Under the pieces are notes generated by a model. That model made no database searches. It had not been told where the DNA came from and saw only the letters and a program-made list of their open reading frames with translations. A DNA stretch of 64,000 bases from an uncultured Gemmatimonadales bacterium (lineage in GTDB: Bacteria; Gemmatimonadota; Gemmatimonadetes; Longimicrobiales; RSA9), in NCBI GenBank assembly GCA_963783305.1, contig CAWAMW010000016.1:96001-160000 (forward strand), given 5' to 3'. The translations under genes and the position numbers were made by a program. This document shows positions 36,157 through 45,347 of this stretch, in pieces; position 1 is the first letter of the stretch; every line of letters begins with the position of its first letter.

Positions 36157-38829
36157 ATGAATGCTGTCCTGAGTACCATGCTCATCGCCTCGCTGGCGTT
36201 CCCCTCGACCGAGCCCGTGCAGCCTCAGTCCAACGAGTCCTCGAGCGACCCGGATCCCGACCGCGTTCCGGAGCTCCGCACCACCCGGATCGCGGAGCCG
36301 CCTGTCATCGACGGAGTGCTGGACGAGGCCTTCTGGACGCTGGCGGACGTGGCCACCGATTTCACCCAGAAGCAGCCCGACCCGGGACGGCCGGCGAGCC
36401 AGCGCACGGAGGTGCGCGTGGTTCATGACGACGAGGCCATCTACGTGGGCGCTCGCCTCTACGACACCGCGCCCGACTCCATCGTGGCGCAGCTCGGGCG
36501 GCGCGACAGCAACGTGCACTCCGACTGGTTTTACGTGGCGATCGACAGCTACTTCGACCGCCGAACCGGCTTCGTCTTCGGTCTGAACCCACGGTCGGTG
36601 ATGCAGGACGTCCTGCTCCACAGCGACGTGGAGGAGGACGGGAGCTGGGACGCGGTCTGGGATGGCGCCGCCCGACGGGACGCGGAGGGTTGGACTGCGG
36701 AGTTCCGGATTCCGCTGTCGCAGCTGCGGTTCAGCGAGCCGGAGTCGGGCGCAGAGCAGGTATGGGGTGTGAACTTCCTTCGCAGCATCGCGCGCTACGG
36801 CGAGGAGTCCTTCTGGGCGCCCACGCTGCCGGACGAGCAGCGGGTGGTTTCGGCGTTCGGCGAGCTGCACGGGCTGGACCACCTGTCGCCGCCGCGCCGC
36901 CTCGAGGTGATGCCGTACGCGGTGGCGAGCGCCACGGCCGCGCCCGTCGAGGACGGGGACCCGTTCCACAGCTCCCTGGACCCGTTTGGCGGCATGGGCG
37001 CTGACATCAAGGCGGGCGTGACATCGGACCTGACGCTCACGGCCACCCTCAACCCCGATTTCGGTCAGGTCGAGGCGGACCCGAGCGTGGTGAACCTGAG
37101 CGCATTCGAGTCGTTCTATCCCGAAAAGCGGCCCTTCTTCGTGGAGGGGGTCGACATCTTCCGGTTCGGCATCGGCATCGGGGACGGCGACCTGGGGTCG
37201 GAAAGCCTGTTCTACTCGCGGCGCATCGGCCGCGCACCGCAGGGCGAGGTGGACGGGGATTACATGGACGCGCCTGCGGCCACGACCATCCTGGCGGCCG
37301 CGAAGGTCTCGGGCAAGACGCCGGGCGGCTGGTCCGTCGGCGTGCTGGACGCGGTGACGTCGACCGAGGACGCCGCGTTCTCGCTGGACGGGGTCGAAGG
37401 AGAGGTCCCTGTCGAGCCGCTCACCAACTATGGCGTGGCGCGCGTGATGAAGGACTTTCGTGCGGGGCGGAGCGCCATCGGCGGGATCTTCACCGCGACG
37501 AACCGGTCGCTGCCCGAGTCGGGGGAGCTGGACTGGCTGCGGCGGTCCGCGTATACCGGCGGCGTCGATTTCCGCCACCGCTTCGGCGGCGACGCCTACC
37601 AGGTCAGCGGCTCACTCGTAGGCAGCATGATCACGGGGACGGCCGAGGCACTGGACGAGATCCAGCGGTCTCCGGTGCATTACTTCCAGCGCCCCGACGC
37701 CGACCACCTGGAGTACGACCCCATGCGGACTTCCATGACCGGTTTCGCCTCCAAGGTGGAGTTCGGGAAGATTCAGGGCGACTGGCGGTACATGCTCTTC
37801 GGGATGAGCATCACACCCGAGTTCGAAGCCAACGACCTGGGGTTCCAGACGAACGCCGACATGGCGCTCGGCGGCTTCTGGGCCGGTTACAGCCACAACG
37901 AGCCGACGAGTCACTTCCGGAGATGGAACCTCGGCGTGAACGGATACGGGGGCGCCACGTACGGCGGCGAGCGCGTGGCGAGCGGTGGGAACATCAACGG
38001 CGGGTTCCAGCTCAACAACTTCTGGGGTGGCCACGGCGGCATCGAAGTGAGCGCGGGCGACTATTCCACCTCGCTTCTGCGGGGCGGGCCGGCCTTCCTG
38101 CGGCCTCCGCGCTGGAGCACGTGGTCCGGGCTCAACAGCGACCAGCGGAAGTCCGTGAGCCTGAGCCTCGGGCTGAACATGTCCGGCCAGGCGGAGAGCG
38201 ATGCCGGGAGCTTCCGGCTCAGTCCCGGGATCACGGTGCGACCCACGACCAGCGCCGACCTCTACCTGGGACCGTCGTTCTCGCACAATCGCGACGTGCT
38301 GCAGTACGTGGAAACCGCGGAGCTGGACGGCGGGACCGAGTGGATCCTCGGAACCGTGGAGCAGACCACCGTGGCCATGACCATGCGGCTCAACTACACG
38401 TTCTCCCCCGCGCTCTCCCTCCAGCTCTACGCCCAGCCGTTCATCAGCGCGGGCGACTACTCGACCTTCAAGCGCGTCACGGATCCGCGGGGCGACGCTC
38501 TCGCCGATCGCACACAGCTCCTGGGCGACGACCAGGTCTCCAGCGCAATGGTCGATGACGAGCGGCGCTATTTCCTCGATTTCGATGGTGACGGGGCCGC
38601 CGACTTCGACTTCGCGGACCCGAGCTTCAACTTCAAGCAGCTCCGCTCCAACGCGGTGCTGCGCTGGGAGTACCGGCCCGGGTCCGCGATCTTCGTGGTC
38701 TGGAGCCAGGGCCGGACCGACTTCCAGCAGGACGGGCGGTTCCGGCTCGGTGACAATGTGGGTGACCTGCTGGCGGCCGACGGGACCAATGTGCTGATGG
38801 TGAAGGCCAGCTACTGGTTCGGCCTCTGA
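36157..38829 (+). CDS. DUF5916/CBM9-like domain outer-membrane protein
   Basis: Signal peptide, IDGVLDEAFW, WDAVWD, GWTAEFRIPLSQLRF, TLNPDFGQVEADP, EKRPFF, FYSRRIGR and C-terminal KASYWFGL. Confidence 0.85.
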   Translation: MNAVLSTMLIASLAFPSTEPVQPQSNESSSDPDPDRVPELRTTRIAEPPVIDGVLDEAFWTLADVATDFTQKQPDPGRPASQRTEVRVVHDDEAIYVGARLYDTAPDSIVAQLGRRDSNVHSDWFYVAIDSYFDRRTGFVFGLNPRSVMQDVLLHSDVEEDGSWDAVWDGAARRDAEGWTAEFRIPLSQLRFSEPESGAEQVWGVNFLRSIARYGEESFWAPTLPDEQRVVSAFGELHGLDHLSPPRRLEVMPYAVASATAAPVEDGDPFHSSLDPFGGMGADIKAGVTSDLTLTATLNPDFGQVEADPSVVNLSAFESFYPEKRPFFVEGVDIFRFGIGIGDGDLGSESLFYSRRIGRAPQGEVDGDYMDAPAATTILAAAKVSGKTPGGWSVGVLDAVTSTEDAAFSLDGVEGEVPVEPLTNYGVARVMKDFRAGRSAIGGIFTATNRSLPESGELDWLRRSAYTGGVDFRHRFGGDAYQVSGSLVGSMITGTAEALDEIQRSPVHYFQRPDADHLEYDPMRTSMTGFASKVEFGKIQGDWRYMLFGMSITPEFEANDLGFQTNADMALGGFWAGYSHNEPTSHFRRWNLGVNGYGGATYGGERVASGGNINGGFQLNNFWGGHGGIEVSAGDYSTSLLRGGPAFLRPPRWSTWSGLNSDQRKSVSLSLGLNMSGQAESDAGSFRLSPGITVRPTTSADLYLGPSFSHNRDVLQYVETAELDGGTEWILGTVEQTTVAMTMRLNYTFSPALSLQLYAQPFISAGDYSTFKRVTDPRGDALADRTQLLGDDQVSSAMVDDERRYFLDFDGDGAADFDFADPSFNFKQLRSNAVLRWEYRPGSAIFVVWSQGRTDFQQDGRFRLGDNVGDLLAADGTNVLMVKASYWFGL

Positions 38830-38874
38830 GATCTACGCGTTGCTTCCCTGCAGGCGGTCCGTGACCGGTTCGCC

Positions 38875-39540
38875 CTAGCTGATCTTCTCGATACGGCGGG
38901 CGCGGATCACCCAGTCGAAGGCGCGGATCTGCGCCAGGGCGTGGTCGGAGATGGCGTGATCGACCTCAATGGTCATGAGCGCCTGCTTGTTCCGGCCCGT
39001 GCGGTCCACCCGCATGGTGGCCAGGTTCACACCGTCCTCGGCGAACACCGCGCTGATGGCTGCGATGGTTCCCGGCCGGTCCCGCGCCACCAGCACCAGC
39101 GTGTCGTAATCGCCCCCCAGGGCAACGGGGAAGTCGTCGATCTCGGTCACCTCGATCCGGGCGCCGCCCACGGACGCGCCCTGGAGCGTGACCGACTCAT
39201 CGCCTTTCCGTACCTCGAACTGCGCGGTGTTCGGGTGCGCGTCCTCCCCCAGGTCGGTCTCCTCGAAGCGGTAGGAGAGGCCGGCGGCGTCGGCCTCCTC
39301 GTACGCGGACCGGAGCCGCAGGTCGTCGGGGGCGATCCCCAGGAGTCCGCCCACGATCGCCCGCTGCGTACCGTGGCCCTCGCCCGTCGCGGCGAACGAA
39401 CCGTGCAACCGGATCACCGCCTCGTCCGGCGTCTCTCCGAGGATGGCCCGGGCCATGAGGCCCAGGCGGCAGGCACCGGCGGTGTGGGAGGACGAGGGTC
39501 CCACCATGACAGGTCCGAGAATGTCGAACAGTCCTACCAT
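38875..39540 (-). CDS. sdaAB: L-serine dehydratase, Fe-S dependent, beta subunit (ACT domain)
   Basis: FDILGPVMVGPSSSHTAGA, LHGSFAATGEGHGT, HPNT and SVGGARI. Confidence 0.93.
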   Translation of the reverse strand: MVGLFDILGPVMVGPSSSHTAGACRLGLMARAILGETPDEAVIRLHGSFAATGEGHGTQRAIVGGLLGIAPDDLRLRSAYEEADAAGLSYRFEETDLGEDAHPNTAQFEVRKGDESVTLQGASVGGARIEVTEIDDFPVALGGDYDTLVLVARDRPGTIAAISAVFAEDGVNLATMRVDRTGRNKQALMTIEVDHAISDHALAQIRAFDWVIRARRIEKIS

Positions 39541-39548
39541 GGGGCCTC

Positions 39549-40433
39549 CTACGCGCTGATTCCGGTGGGGCTCCGGGACGGCTGGATCTGCACCAGCCGG
39601 CGCGCGGACGGTGTGGCCGCGAGACCACCCTGCGCGGTCTCCCTGTACGCCACGGGCATCTTCCGCCCCACCTCTCCCATCACGTCGATGACCTCATCGG
39701 CGGGGACCGGGAAATCGAGCCCGGCCAGCGCCATCTCGGCCGCAGACAGCGCCTGCATGGCGGCGGAGGCGTTCCGGTAGATGCAGGGGATCTCCACGAG
39801 GCCGCCGATGGGGTCGCAGATCAGGCCCAGCATGCCCTGGAGCGCGAGGGCGACGGCGGTGGACACCTGGTCATCGCTCCCGCCGGCCAGCCAGGTCACG
39901 CCGGCGGCGCCCATGGCCGCGGCGGACCCCGTCTCCGCCTGACAGCCGCCCGCCGCCCCGGAGAGGGAGGCCCGGTGTGCGATCACCCCACCCACCCCGC
40001 CGGCGACGAGCATGGCGTCCACCAGCTGCTCCTCGTCCGCCTCCAGGATCTCGCCCGCCGAGATCAGGATCGATGGCAGCACTCCGGCGGCGCCTGCCGT
40101 GGGGGCGGCCACGATCAGCCCCATTGCGGCGTTCACCTCGAGCGTGGCAATGGCGCGCGAGAGGATTGACGTCACCCGGTCTCCCATGAGACGCGGCCCG
40201 TTGCTGAAGAGCCGCGCGGCGCGCCCGCCCGTCAGCCCCGACGGGGAGCGTACATCTCCCTTAAGCCCCTCCTCCACCGCCTCGCGCATGACACGCATGG
40301 TCTTCCGGATCCGCGCGCGGACCTCTTCCTCCGTCCGCCCACTCTCCTCCGCTTCCGTCTCCAGGATGGTGCGGGGGAGCGTGCGCCCGCTGTCGCGGGC
40401 GTCATCGAGTAGCGCGGCTATGGACTTGTGCAT
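39549..40433 (-). CDS. sdaAA: L-serine dehydratase, Fe-S dependent, alpha subunit
   Basis: EVNAAMGLIVAAPTAGAAG, GAAGGCQAETG, GLICDPIGGLVEIPC and YRETAQGGLA. Confidence 0.93.
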   Translation of the reverse strand: MHKSIAALLDDARDSGRTLPRTILETEAEESGRTEEEVRARIRKTMRVMREAVEEGLKGDVRSPSGLTGGRAARLFSNGPRLMGDRVTSILSRAIATLEVNAAMGLIVAAPTAGAAGVLPSILISAGEILEADEEQLVDAMLVAGGVGGVIAHRASLSGAAGGCQAETGSAAAMGAAGVTWLAGGSDDQVSTAVALALQGMLGLICDPIGGLVEIPCIYRNASAAMQALSAAEMALAGLDFPVPADEVIDVMGEVGRKMPVAYRETAQGGLAATPSARRLVQIQPSRSPTGISA

Positions 40434-40532
40434 GACGTTCACGGGAACGGGGTTCGGCCGCGGTGGATTCGTGCAAAGGCTGCGCCGAAACGCGCGGCAG
40501 GCTCGCGCCTGCGGCCCCGGCCCGGCGCCCGG

Positions 40533-41255
40533 TCAGAGGCCGGACGGGTCCAGCATGGTGGCGAACACCTGCCGAAAGAAATCCAGCGGGAGCGCGCCGC
40601 TCATAGGCACGCCGTTCACAATGAAGGTGGGCGTGCCCCGGACGAAAAACTCCTGCGATGCCTGGTTGTGGCGCGCAAGCAGCGCCCGCGGCCCCGTCTC
40701 GTCCATGCACGCGTCCACCGCGTCCCGGTCGAGTCCAGCTTCGGCGAGGTAGTCCAGGATCCGCGTCCGCGCGTCCGCGCCCCGCAGCGCCACCTGCCGC
40801 TCGTAGAAGACGTCGTGCGCCTTCCAGAACGCCTCCGGTCCACCCTCGCGGGCCACGCACTCCGCCGCCACCCCCATGAGCTCACCGCCCGCGAAGCCGA
40901 ACATCACCGGCACGTACCGCCACCGCACGAGCCCGGTATCGATGAACTCCTTGCGGATCTCCGGCAGCGTGCCACGGGCAAAGCGCGCGCAGTAGGGGCA
41001 GCCGAAGTCGCTGAACTCCACCACGGCGATGGGTGCATCGGGGTCGCCCAGCGTATGGCCCACCTCGACGCTCGCCGGCGGGATTGTGTCTCCGCTCGCG
41101 GCCACCGCCACTACGCCGCCGGTCGCAGCCTCACTCCCGGCCTCACTCGCGGCGCCCGCCGCCGACGGATCGCATGCGGCCGCCACCCAGAGAGTCGAGA
41201 CCAGGGCGAGCACGCGCCCGGCCCGAACGCCGGAGAAATATCGGTCCGCTGTCAT
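40533..41255 (-). CDS. DsbA/BdbD-like thioredoxin-fold lipoprotein
   Basis: VAAAC lipobox, LGDPDAPIAVVEFSDFGCPYC and VRGTPTFIVNG. Confidence 0.88.
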   Translation of the reverse strand: MTADRYFSGVRAGRVLALVSTLWVAAACDPSAAGAASEAGSEAATGGVVAVAASGDTIPPASVEVGHTLGDPDAPIAVVEFSDFGCPYCARFARGTLPEIRKEFIDTGLVRWRYVPVMFGFAGGELMGVAAECVAREGGPEAFWKAHDVFYERQVALRGADARTRILDYLAEAGLDRDAVDACMDETGPRALLARHNQASQEFFVRGTPTFIVNGVPMSGALPLDFFRQVFATMLDPSGL

Positions 41256-41475
41256 GCTGGCTCCTGCATCGTTGGGGAAGATTTCGGGTGAAGCTCTGGC
41301 AACATCGGCCGGAGGATAGCGGCGGCCATCGTGCCGACGCCAGTGCCGACCGGCGCGTGCCCGTCCACCACCCCGCGGCACGAGCACGGACGCGCCGCCG
41401 TAGCGGCGGCACGGGCCTTGTACAGGTACTGCACCACACCACAGACAGTCCGCTACCCCAGCAGAGGAGCCCATC

Positions 41476-41772
41476 ATGGACCGCAAGAAAGTCATCGGGA
41501 CGGCCGCAGGAGCCGCCGCGGCCGTGACCGCCGTCGGCGTCGCCGCGGTGAAGCTTAAAAACCGCAAGCCCACCGTGTTCCACGTGCAGCAGAAAGAGGA
41601 CGCCTGGACCGTCGAGAGCGAGAGCGGCAAGCCCGCTCCCACGACCCACGACACAAAGCGGGAGGCCGTCAAGACGGCGCGGGAGCGCGCCACCTCGGCC
41701 GCCCCGAGCCAGCTCGTGATCCACCGCCGCGATGGCAGCGTCCAGAAGCAGCATGCCTACGATCCGGAGTAG
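41476..41772 (+). CDS. DUF2188-like small protein with N-terminal hydrophobic segment
   Basis: VFHVQQKEDAWTV...HDTKREAV..AR...QLVIHRRDGSVQ..HAY. Confidence 0.8.
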   Translation: MDRKKVIGTAAGAAAAVTAVGVAAVKLKNRKPTVFHVQQKEDAWTVESESGKPAPTTHDTKREAVKTARERATSAAPSQLVIHRRDGSVQKQHAYDPE

Positions 41773-41790
41773 CCGCCCGCCCCATCAACC

Positions 41791-41836
41791 CCGGCCGCAC
41801 GCACTCGCCGCACTTCGCGGCGGGTGCGTCGGCCGG
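41791..41836. terminator. Hairpin between convergent genes (bidirectional terminator-like)
   Basis: CCGGCCG(C)ACGCACTCGCCGC-ACTTC-GCGGCGGGTGCGTCGGCCGG. Confidence 0.6.
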
Positions 41837-41849
41837 CCCCGCTTCCGCC

Positions 41850-42188
41850 TCAGTCCGCGCTCAGGGTCTCCTCGATCGCCTGCACCAGCACCTGCTTCGG
41901 GACCGCCCCCACCACACCGTTGACCGCTTCCCCGTCCCGGAAGATGCCGATGGTCGGGATCGAACGGATCCCGTACTTCGACGCCACTCCCTGCGCCTCG
42001 TCCACGTTCACCTTCGCGAACCGGACCTTCCCTTCGTACTCGTCCGCCAGCGCCTCCACGATCGGCGCCACCATCCGGCACGGCGCGCACCACGGTGCCC
42101 AGAAGTCCACCACCACCACGCCATCCTTGTCTTCCACCTGAGTGGCGAAATCGGCGTCCTGCAGCTCCATCACGTTCTTCGTCTTCAT
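41850..42188 (-). CDS. trxA: Thioredoxin
   Basis: VVVDFWAPWCAPCRMVAP...YGIRSIPT; AGGAGG RBS. Confidence 0.95.
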   Translation of the reverse strand: MKTKNVMELQDADFATQVEDKDGVVVVDFWAPWCAPCRMVAPIVEALADEYEGKVRFAKVNVDEAQGVASKYGIRSIPTIGIFRDGEAVNGVVGAVPKQVLVQAIEETLSAD

Positions 42189-42265
42189 GCTATGCCTCCT
42201 ATTATTCAATAGATACCCATACAGTAATACACTGCGGCGACGAAAGGTTCCAGGGGACCGCGGAG

Positions 42266-42450
42266 GCCGGGCAAGTCCCCAAACAACGGGCGCGCCGGGA
42301 TTCACTGGGGAGTCGACCGGACATATTCCGGACAGCTCCCCAAACAAGCGCGCCTCCCCCGGCGTTCCCTGGGGACTTCGCCGGACATAGTCCGGGAAAG
42401 CCCCCAATCAATTGGCGTGGGGTTGTTCCCTGGGGAGTTGCCCGGGAACT
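42266..42450 (+). repeat. Dispersed palindromic-array element, copy 2
   Basis: Half unit ending at 42286, full units at 42301-42347 and 42365-42411, half unit from 42426, with spacers of 14/17/14 bp. Confidence 0.85.
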
Positions 42451-42517
42451 ACCCCGGCGCGGCGGCCGAGGTGTGGGGGCTGCCGGGGAGATCACCGCCC
42501 CGGCGAGCGGCCGTGGA

Positions 42518-44647
42518 TCACGGATCGGACTGGGAGTACGCGGGGCCGGACTGGGAGTGCGCGGGTCCGGACTGGGTGTGCGGCAGCGTGTCGTGGCCGC
42601 TCCGGTCGGCGTGCTTCCAGCCCTGGAGGCTGATGTGCTGGGCCTGCTCGAAGAGTCGATCGAGGACCTCGAAGGGGTCGTCGCTTTTGAGGCCCTGGGG
42701 CGCCGTGGAGCGGATGTCGTGGCGGATGACGCGACGGAGGAGGTCGAGGTCGCGCCTGAGGGCGCCGGTGGTCCAGCCGAGCTGGTGTCGCTGAGCGCCG
42801 TGGAGCTCGAGTGTGGTGCGCTGGATGGCCGTGCCGCCGCGGAGCACCTGTGAGACGTCCTGGCCCACGGAGCCTGCGTGACGCAGGAGGTCGGACAGGC
42901 CGGCGATGAAGTGGGGGATGTGGTCGCGCAGCTCGATATCGGTGGCCTCGCCGGCGCGGGGGATGCCACCGTCCTGCCGGAGCCGATCGACGTAGGCATC
43001 GACGATGGGCTTGAGGCGGCGGAGCAGGTGATCGGCGAGGATGGGGAGCCCCTCGATCTGGCGGTCGAAGACGCGGCGGTCGCGGCGCGAGTCGTCGATC
43101 TTGCGCGGCGCCGCGAGCCAGAGGGAGAAGGTGGATCCCTTGCCGGCCTCGCTGACGACGGTGAGGTCGCCGCCCATGAGCCGCGCGAGATAGCGTCCGA
43201 TGGCGAGGCCGAGGCCGGAGCCGTCGGTCTCGCGGGTGAAGGAGTTGGTCTCGGCCTGAACGAAGGGCTCGAAGACGGCGTCAATGCGGTCCTCGGGGAT
43301 GCCGATCCCCTCGTCGTGTACGTCGATCCGGATCCAGGGGCCGGCGCCGATGGGGGCGCCGCCGCGGGGCGGGTCCTCGACGCGCTGGCACTCGATGATG
43401 ACGCGGCCGTCCTCCCGGGTGAAGCGGAACGCGTTGGAGACGAGCTGGACGAGGATCTGCCGGACGCGGATGCCGTCGCCGAGGAATCGGAAATCGCCCT
43501 CACCGTCGCATCGGGTCTCGACGCGCACGTGCTCCGGCGCCTGCTGCGACACGATCTGGAGCGTGGACTCGATGACATCGTGCACAATGTTCGAGTGGTT
43601 GCTCACCGTGAGCTCGCCGGCCTCCGCCCGGGATACGTCCAGGACTCGGGTGACGAGCTCGAGGAGGTGCTTGCCGCTCACGTCGATCCGCGACAGCAGC
43701 GCCCGCTGCTCATCCGTCAGCTTCCCCTTCACGCCCATGTCCAGGATCTGCGTGTAGCCGAGGATGGCGTTGATGGGGGTGCGGAGCTCGTGGCTCATGA
43801 CGCCGAGGAACTGGCTCTTGGCGCGGCTGGCCATTTCCGCGGCCTCCCGCGACCGGCGCGCCTGCCGGTAGAGGCGGGCGTTGTCGATGGCGATGGCGGC
43901 GCGGTTCGCCAGGTCCTCGGCGAGGGCGAGGTCGTCCTCGTTGAACGACCGTCCCTCCAGGTCGCTGACGAACGTGATGGCCCCCAGGCAGTCGCCGCGG
44001 GCGCTCAGCGGCACGCTCATCAGCGAGCCGATCCCGAGGCGGAGCAGGATCTCGAGGTTGCGCGGGTTGCGCGCCACGTGCTCGAGGAGCTCCTGGTCGA
44101 CGTGCGGGACGATCTCGGGCTGGAGCGAGCGGGCCACGATCGGCACGCCCAGCCGGTCGTGGCGAGTGGGCGGCCACCCCTCCCTCAGCTCGGTGACCAG
44201 CGCCTGCTTGTCGTCCTCCGGGTGCACGATCGCGAGCCGGCGGATGTCCCCGTTGGCCTCGACGATGTCCACGATGCACCACGCCCCCAGGTCCGGCAAC
44301 GCGAGCCCCGCCACGGTCGAGAGGGTGGTCTCATAGTCCAGCGAGTTGGCCAGCAGCCGGCTGGCTTCGGCCAGGAACGACGCCTCCCGCGCCGTCTGCC
44401 GCGCGGGGTCCAGGCCGGGATCCGGTGCGCGGCGGTGCACCTCCGGGGCGACGCCCCGGTCACCGCCGGAGCGGGCGCCCGGGCTGGCTCCCCGGTCAGC
44501 GCCCGGTTTGGCTCCCCGGTCAGCGCCCGAGGTGGCTCCCCGGTCCGCTGCGGAGTTGGCGCCCGAGCCGCCGCCGCCGCACGCCGGCGCGGTGCCATCA
44601 CCGCCAGCAACGTCTACTCCTCTGTCTATGTAGTCCATGACCGGCAC
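42518..44647 (-). CDS. GAF-domain sensor histidine kinase with an extra C-terminal helical domain
   Basis: LDYETTL...WCIVD GAF, AKSQFLGVMSHELRTP, VSNAFRFT, DEGIGI and GSGLGL. Start is uncertain. Confidence 0.88.
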   Translation of the reverse strand: MPVMDYIDRGVDVAGGDGTAPACGGGGSGANSAADRGATSGADRGAKPGADRGASPGARSGGDRGVAPEVHRRAPDPGLDPARQTAREASFLAEASRLLANSLDYETTLSTVAGLALPDLGAWCIVDIVEANGDIRRLAIVHPEDDKQALVTELREGWPPTRHDRLGVPIVARSLQPEIVPHVDQELLEHVARNPRNLEILLRLGIGSLMSVPLSARGDCLGAITFVSDLEGRSFNEDDLALAEDLANRAAIAIDNARLYRQARRSREAAEMASRAKSQFLGVMSHELRTPINAILGYTQILDMGVKGKLTDEQRALLSRIDVSGKHLLELVTRVLDVSRAEAGELTVSNHSNIVHDVIESTLQIVSQQAPEHVRVETRCDGEGDFRFLGDGIRVRQILVQLVSNAFRFTREDGRVIIECQRVEDPPRGGAPIGAGPWIRIDVHDEGIGIPEDRIDAVFEPFVQAETNSFTRETDGSGLGLAIGRYLARLMGGDLTVVSEAGKGSTFSLWLAAPRKIDDSRRDRRVFDRQIEGLPILADHLLRRLKPIVDAYVDRLRQDGGIPRAGEATDIELRDHIPHFIAGLSDLLRHAGSVGQDVSQVLRGGTAIQRTTLELHGAQRHQLGWTTGALRRDLDLLRRVIRHDIRSTAPQGLKSDDPFEVLDRLFEQAQHISLQGWKHADRSGHDTLPHTQSGPAHSQSGPAYSQSDP

Positions 44648-44689
44648 CCATTCGACCGGGACGAATCCGCTTCAGGACTTCAGAAGTAT

Positions 44690-44705
44690 TGCAGGATGAA
44701 TGCCG
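44690..44705 (-). promoter_or_regulatory. Sigma54-like -24/-12 site
   Basis: Minus strand CGGCATTCATCCTGCA, upstream of the kinase gene. Confidence 0.45.
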
Positions 44706-44849
44706 CGCTCGCGGGCGCGCCGCGCACGCGCGCGCGAAGCGAATGAGGGGCTTCCCGCGGGGTGCGGGACGGGCTTCCGCAGGGTGTGTGAGGGCGTTCC
44801 GCTGGGCGCGTGACGTCCCCCGGTCCGCCCCCCGCGCCGCCGCGTCGGC

Positions 44850-45188
44850 TCAGCGCGGGAGCCGGATCTCGGGGTCCTCGGGGAAGGGTCGGTAGAGGAC
44901 CATGGTGCGGCCGACGGTCTGGGCGACGGCGACGCGATCGATGCGGGCGGCGATCTCGGCGGCGGCGGCCTCCACATCGGTGGGCGCGGACTCGTGGACC
45001 TTCACCTTGAGGAGCTCACGCGTATTGAAGGCCTCGCCGATACTGGTAATGACCGCAGCGGTGACGCCGTCGTTGCCCACGTGGAGGATGGGCTTGAGGT
45101 GGTGTGCGAGGGAGCGGAGGTGAGCGCGCTGCCTGGAGGTCAGGGTGTCGATGGTATCCGTCCTGGCTGGAGTGGTTCCGGGAGACAA
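44850..45188 (-). CDS. yhbY: YhbY/CRM-domain RNA-binding protein
   Basis: LTSRQRAHLRSLAHHLKPILHVGNDGV...ELLKVKV...QTVGRTMVLYR. Confidence 0.92.
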   Translation of the reverse strand: MSPGTTPARTDTIDTLTSRQRAHLRSLAHHLKPILHVGNDGVTAAVITSIGEAFNTRELLKVKVHESAPTDVEAAAAEIAARIDRVAVAQTVGRTMVLYRPFPEDPEIRLPR

Positions 45189-45347
45189 TATCGGGTTAGT
45201 GGGGACGGTCGGGAAGGGGTGCGGGGGTCGTGGATTCCGGAGCGGGAGGGGGGCGGTGCGAGCGGCGGGGCATCCGAGTATGTTGCAGCGGGGTGGGGGG
45301 CGGTGGGTGATTCAGGCACACAATCTACGATTACATAAAGTCGACCA

